Origin: Felis catus
Taxonomy: Eukaryota
Reading direction: 5' to 3'
Assembly: GCF_018350175.1 (NCBI RefSeq)
Contig: NC_058368.1
Span: 22,012,001-22,076,000, forward strand
Length of the DNA: 64,000 nucleotides
Below are positions 61,197 through 64,000 of the stretch, one piece after another (within the stretch, counting starts at the first letter, position 1; the number at the start of each line of letters is the position of its first letter). The translations under genes and the position numbers were made by a program. Under the pieces are notes generated by a model that did not search any database, had not been told where the DNA came from, and saw only the letters and a program-made list of their open reading frames with translations.

Positions 61197-62974
61197 CTCA
61201 TCTCCTTTAATTCTTAAAACTACCTATGTGATTGCTACTATATGATTAGCCTCATTTTACTGATGAAGAACCTAAAGTTCAAAGATAATAAGTAATTTGT
61301 GCAGTCACTCAGGTACTTAAGAGCCTAAGCTGTATTCAAACTTAATGTCTCTCAGGCCTGTTCATTTAGTTAAAGTATTATACCAATGATTTAAGAAGTT
61401 TGTTAAATGCTAGTAATATAGGATATTTATCTCATTTTGAAAGCAGTTATACCTCATTTATCTAGATAATAAGTGAGCTAAATAAAAAAAAAATTAGAAA
61501 TGTTAAGTGGTGAATAAGTATAGGCATTTAATTACCTGTGGCCTGAGAGCAGTGTTTTTCAGTGAACAGGCTGTATGTAAGGCAAGTTTGGCCATTGGCT
61601 GTTTGAGTGATGGAAGTCTTAGCTTTGATTTGTTTGCTGTTTTGTTACCACCATTACTAAGTGCTTGGGTTTCTATTGATTTTCAGAGATAGAAGAAAAT
61701 GCAAATTTCTGAAATAGCTTTTAGTTTTCTCTCTGAGGAGATGAAAGGAAAACTAATTATGGTGATTACAGTGATTAGACCAAGATAAGGTCAGGGCTCT
61801 GGGGATCTGTGGAAATACTAGCCCACAGCTCTCTGGATGGCTTAGATAGGGGAAGATTTTTGGCTGAGGGCACGGGGAGGAGGAATGCAGAGCAAGACTG
61901 TTCTGGAGACGTGAAGCCAGGTGTGTGGGCTGAACACTATACTGAGTGGAGGACCCCAAAGGGTCCAGACTTCAACTCATCCTTCCTTTCAGACACACCT
62001 GCCTTTTTCTTTCTTTCCTTCCCTTATCTATTCTTCTGTCTTTGACATTTCTGCTCAATAATCTCTTTTCCTACTTTCTCCTCTTGCCTAGCTCGCTCAC
62101 TCGCGCTCCCCATCTTACTCTTCACTTTTTCAACTGGCCATATGTGGAATGAAGTGTAGTTTTATCATTGCATCTGTGTATTTTCACGTTTCTTTTATTT
62201 AGTTTCAAATGAGATATTATGAACATTTATAGGAGTCGTGCCTAGTGGAAAAATACTTGGAATTAAAATTGTTTAGAGTCCCTGCTGTGCCATTTGATAG
62301 TAATGTAACCTCTTTGAGACTAACTTTTGTCATCTCTAAAATAGGAAAAGTATGAACTTCCAGCAGTTTTAAATATTAAACTGAATTTAAAAAATACATG
62401 TTGTATAAGAACAATAAATACATGTACAGACTATACACAAATGTCAGATAGTATATTCTTATTTCCTCTCTTAAACTGAAGTTAAATGTAAGCTGGTTTA
62501 TTTTTGTTATAACCCTTGATTTTTTTTTATTATTTTAATTTTAGATTTAGTTAATCAGTGACCATAAATGGGAAAAATACTCCCTACTCTTGGATTATGG
62601 TATTATATTTCTATAAATCTCCTATTGTTTTGCAGATTTCCCTCAAAGCAGCAGTATATTAAGCCATTATCGTGATTAATTAGTATGTTAGCTTGAGTTG
62701 GTTTATGAGATTAGCCCAATTTGCAGTTGGATGCTGGAAGAAATATGACCAAGGATGGTTATGGTTTGAAGAATGAGTCAGGGATGAGATGTCATGAGGT
62801 CCAGTGAACTAGGAAAGTCTTGAGCAGCCACAGAATAGTGTTGGTTCAAAGCACTACCCAAGAATTAGGGAGGTAAGAGTATATCAAGACAGACTTCGGG
62901 TATCTTGCAACTTTGCTTAGCGTTGGTTTAGATATCAAAAGAGGAACAATAAGAACTACTTATACAAGACTCTG

Positions 62975-63079
62975 TCAGTTAAGTGTCTGACTCTTGGTTT
63001 TGACTCAGGTCATGATCTCAAGGTTCGTGAGTTTGAGCCCCACATCAGGCTCTGTGCTGACAGTGGGGAGCCTGCTTGA

Positions 63080-63125
<46 letters not shown>

Positions 63126-63165
63126 GCCTCCCATCTCTCAACAAATAAATAAACATTAAAAAAAT
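62975..63165 (+). mobile_element. Can-SINE lacking its extreme 5' end
   Basis: Begins tcagttaagtgtctgactc; has (CT)n and an A tail. Confidence 0.87.
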
Positions 63166-64000
63166 ATTTTTGGATTAAGACATCCAGTTGCCTAAAAGTT
63201 GACTTACACATTATCAAGTCAACTTTTACTGTCTGGAATCCTTAGGGAAAGAAGTATCTTTCTGAATATTTTCATTTTCCATGTAAGTGAAGATTAATTC
63301 TTCAAATAAAGGAAGTCAAACAAATTACTTTCGTGGATTACATTTTCTCTAAAATGCATTGTATACTTGCCCCTTTCCAAAGTAGTATTCTAGATATAAT
63401 TTTTTACTGTTGACTCAGAACTAACATTATGAAGATCTATTATTGTAGCAATAAAACAGCAGACAGTTCTTTTTGTTTTCAACTTTACTAAGGTATAATT
63501 GACCAGACAGTTCTTTCTTGACTTTGTCCATTCAACTGATGTAACATGATGCCTAGAACTCGGTTATAAATGAATGTGATATTCAGTAGGTGCGGCTGTC
63601 CTTCTCAAGCCCATAAAAAAATAGACACTTATAAGTACTTCTTGGTTGACTAAGTGAAAAACAGTTAAAATTTAGGACAGTTCAATTTTAAGCATTCCAC
63701 TCATGACATACAGTATTTTCAGGAAGGAGGCACCATTTGTAGCATTATTAGCTTACTTGCAGAAATGTGCTATGTATCTCTATGGACTGGAGGTACTAAC
63801 CGTCAGCCTGCAAGCAGCATATTTCTATCTCAAGCCTAAAGTATCCATATAAGCTAGTGACAGCTTGAAAAAATTCATCCTAACTTTAGAACTCAGTCTA
63901 ATCACACAGAACTCTTGCCCTCCTTGTCTCTTGGTTCGTAGGTAGAACTGGTATAGCCCCTTCTGGATTGAAAGTATCTTGAGTACTAGAACCCTGTTTC

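Noticed and set aside
260..63217. Recurrent ORFs of the type MAQSV..PTSAQVMIS..SSSP..GSVLTAQSLEPASDSVSP
   Set aside because: These are translations of Can-SINE bodies, not a gene family.

Overview
Mammalian genomic DNA, almost certainly from a felid: it carries more than 50 tRNA-derived Can-SINEs, including young SINEC_Fc-type copies. No prokaryotic, CRISPR or RNA-gene content was seen. The window holds the 5' part of CAB39L (MO25-beta) on the + strand, with two clear coding exons (56881-56991 and 60581-60745), candidate 5'UTR exons (~8200-8246, 18387-18535, 19387-19460) and a candidate internal first exon ending at 43151. CAB39L shares a CpG-island bidirectional promoter (~7550-8500) with a minus-strand gene that I identify as SETDB2 from synteny and recalled 5'UTR similarity; its non-coding exon 1 is ~7416-7945 and intron 1 runs to the left edge. 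The rest is intron, rich in SINE, L1, L2, MIR, LTR and DNA-transposon remnants. The most interesting observation is a heavily decayed ZC3H15 processed pseudogene (~18059-18730) that the ORF track misses. It is split by an ancient MIR. The MIR end supplies a 3' splice site and the zinc-finger codons TGT-AAG-TTT supply a GTAAGT donor, together making a candidate uORF-rich CAB39L 5'UTR exon. Gene and repeat-family names come from recognition, not database searches, and repeat boundaries are approximate. I found no evidence of a wholly new biological system.
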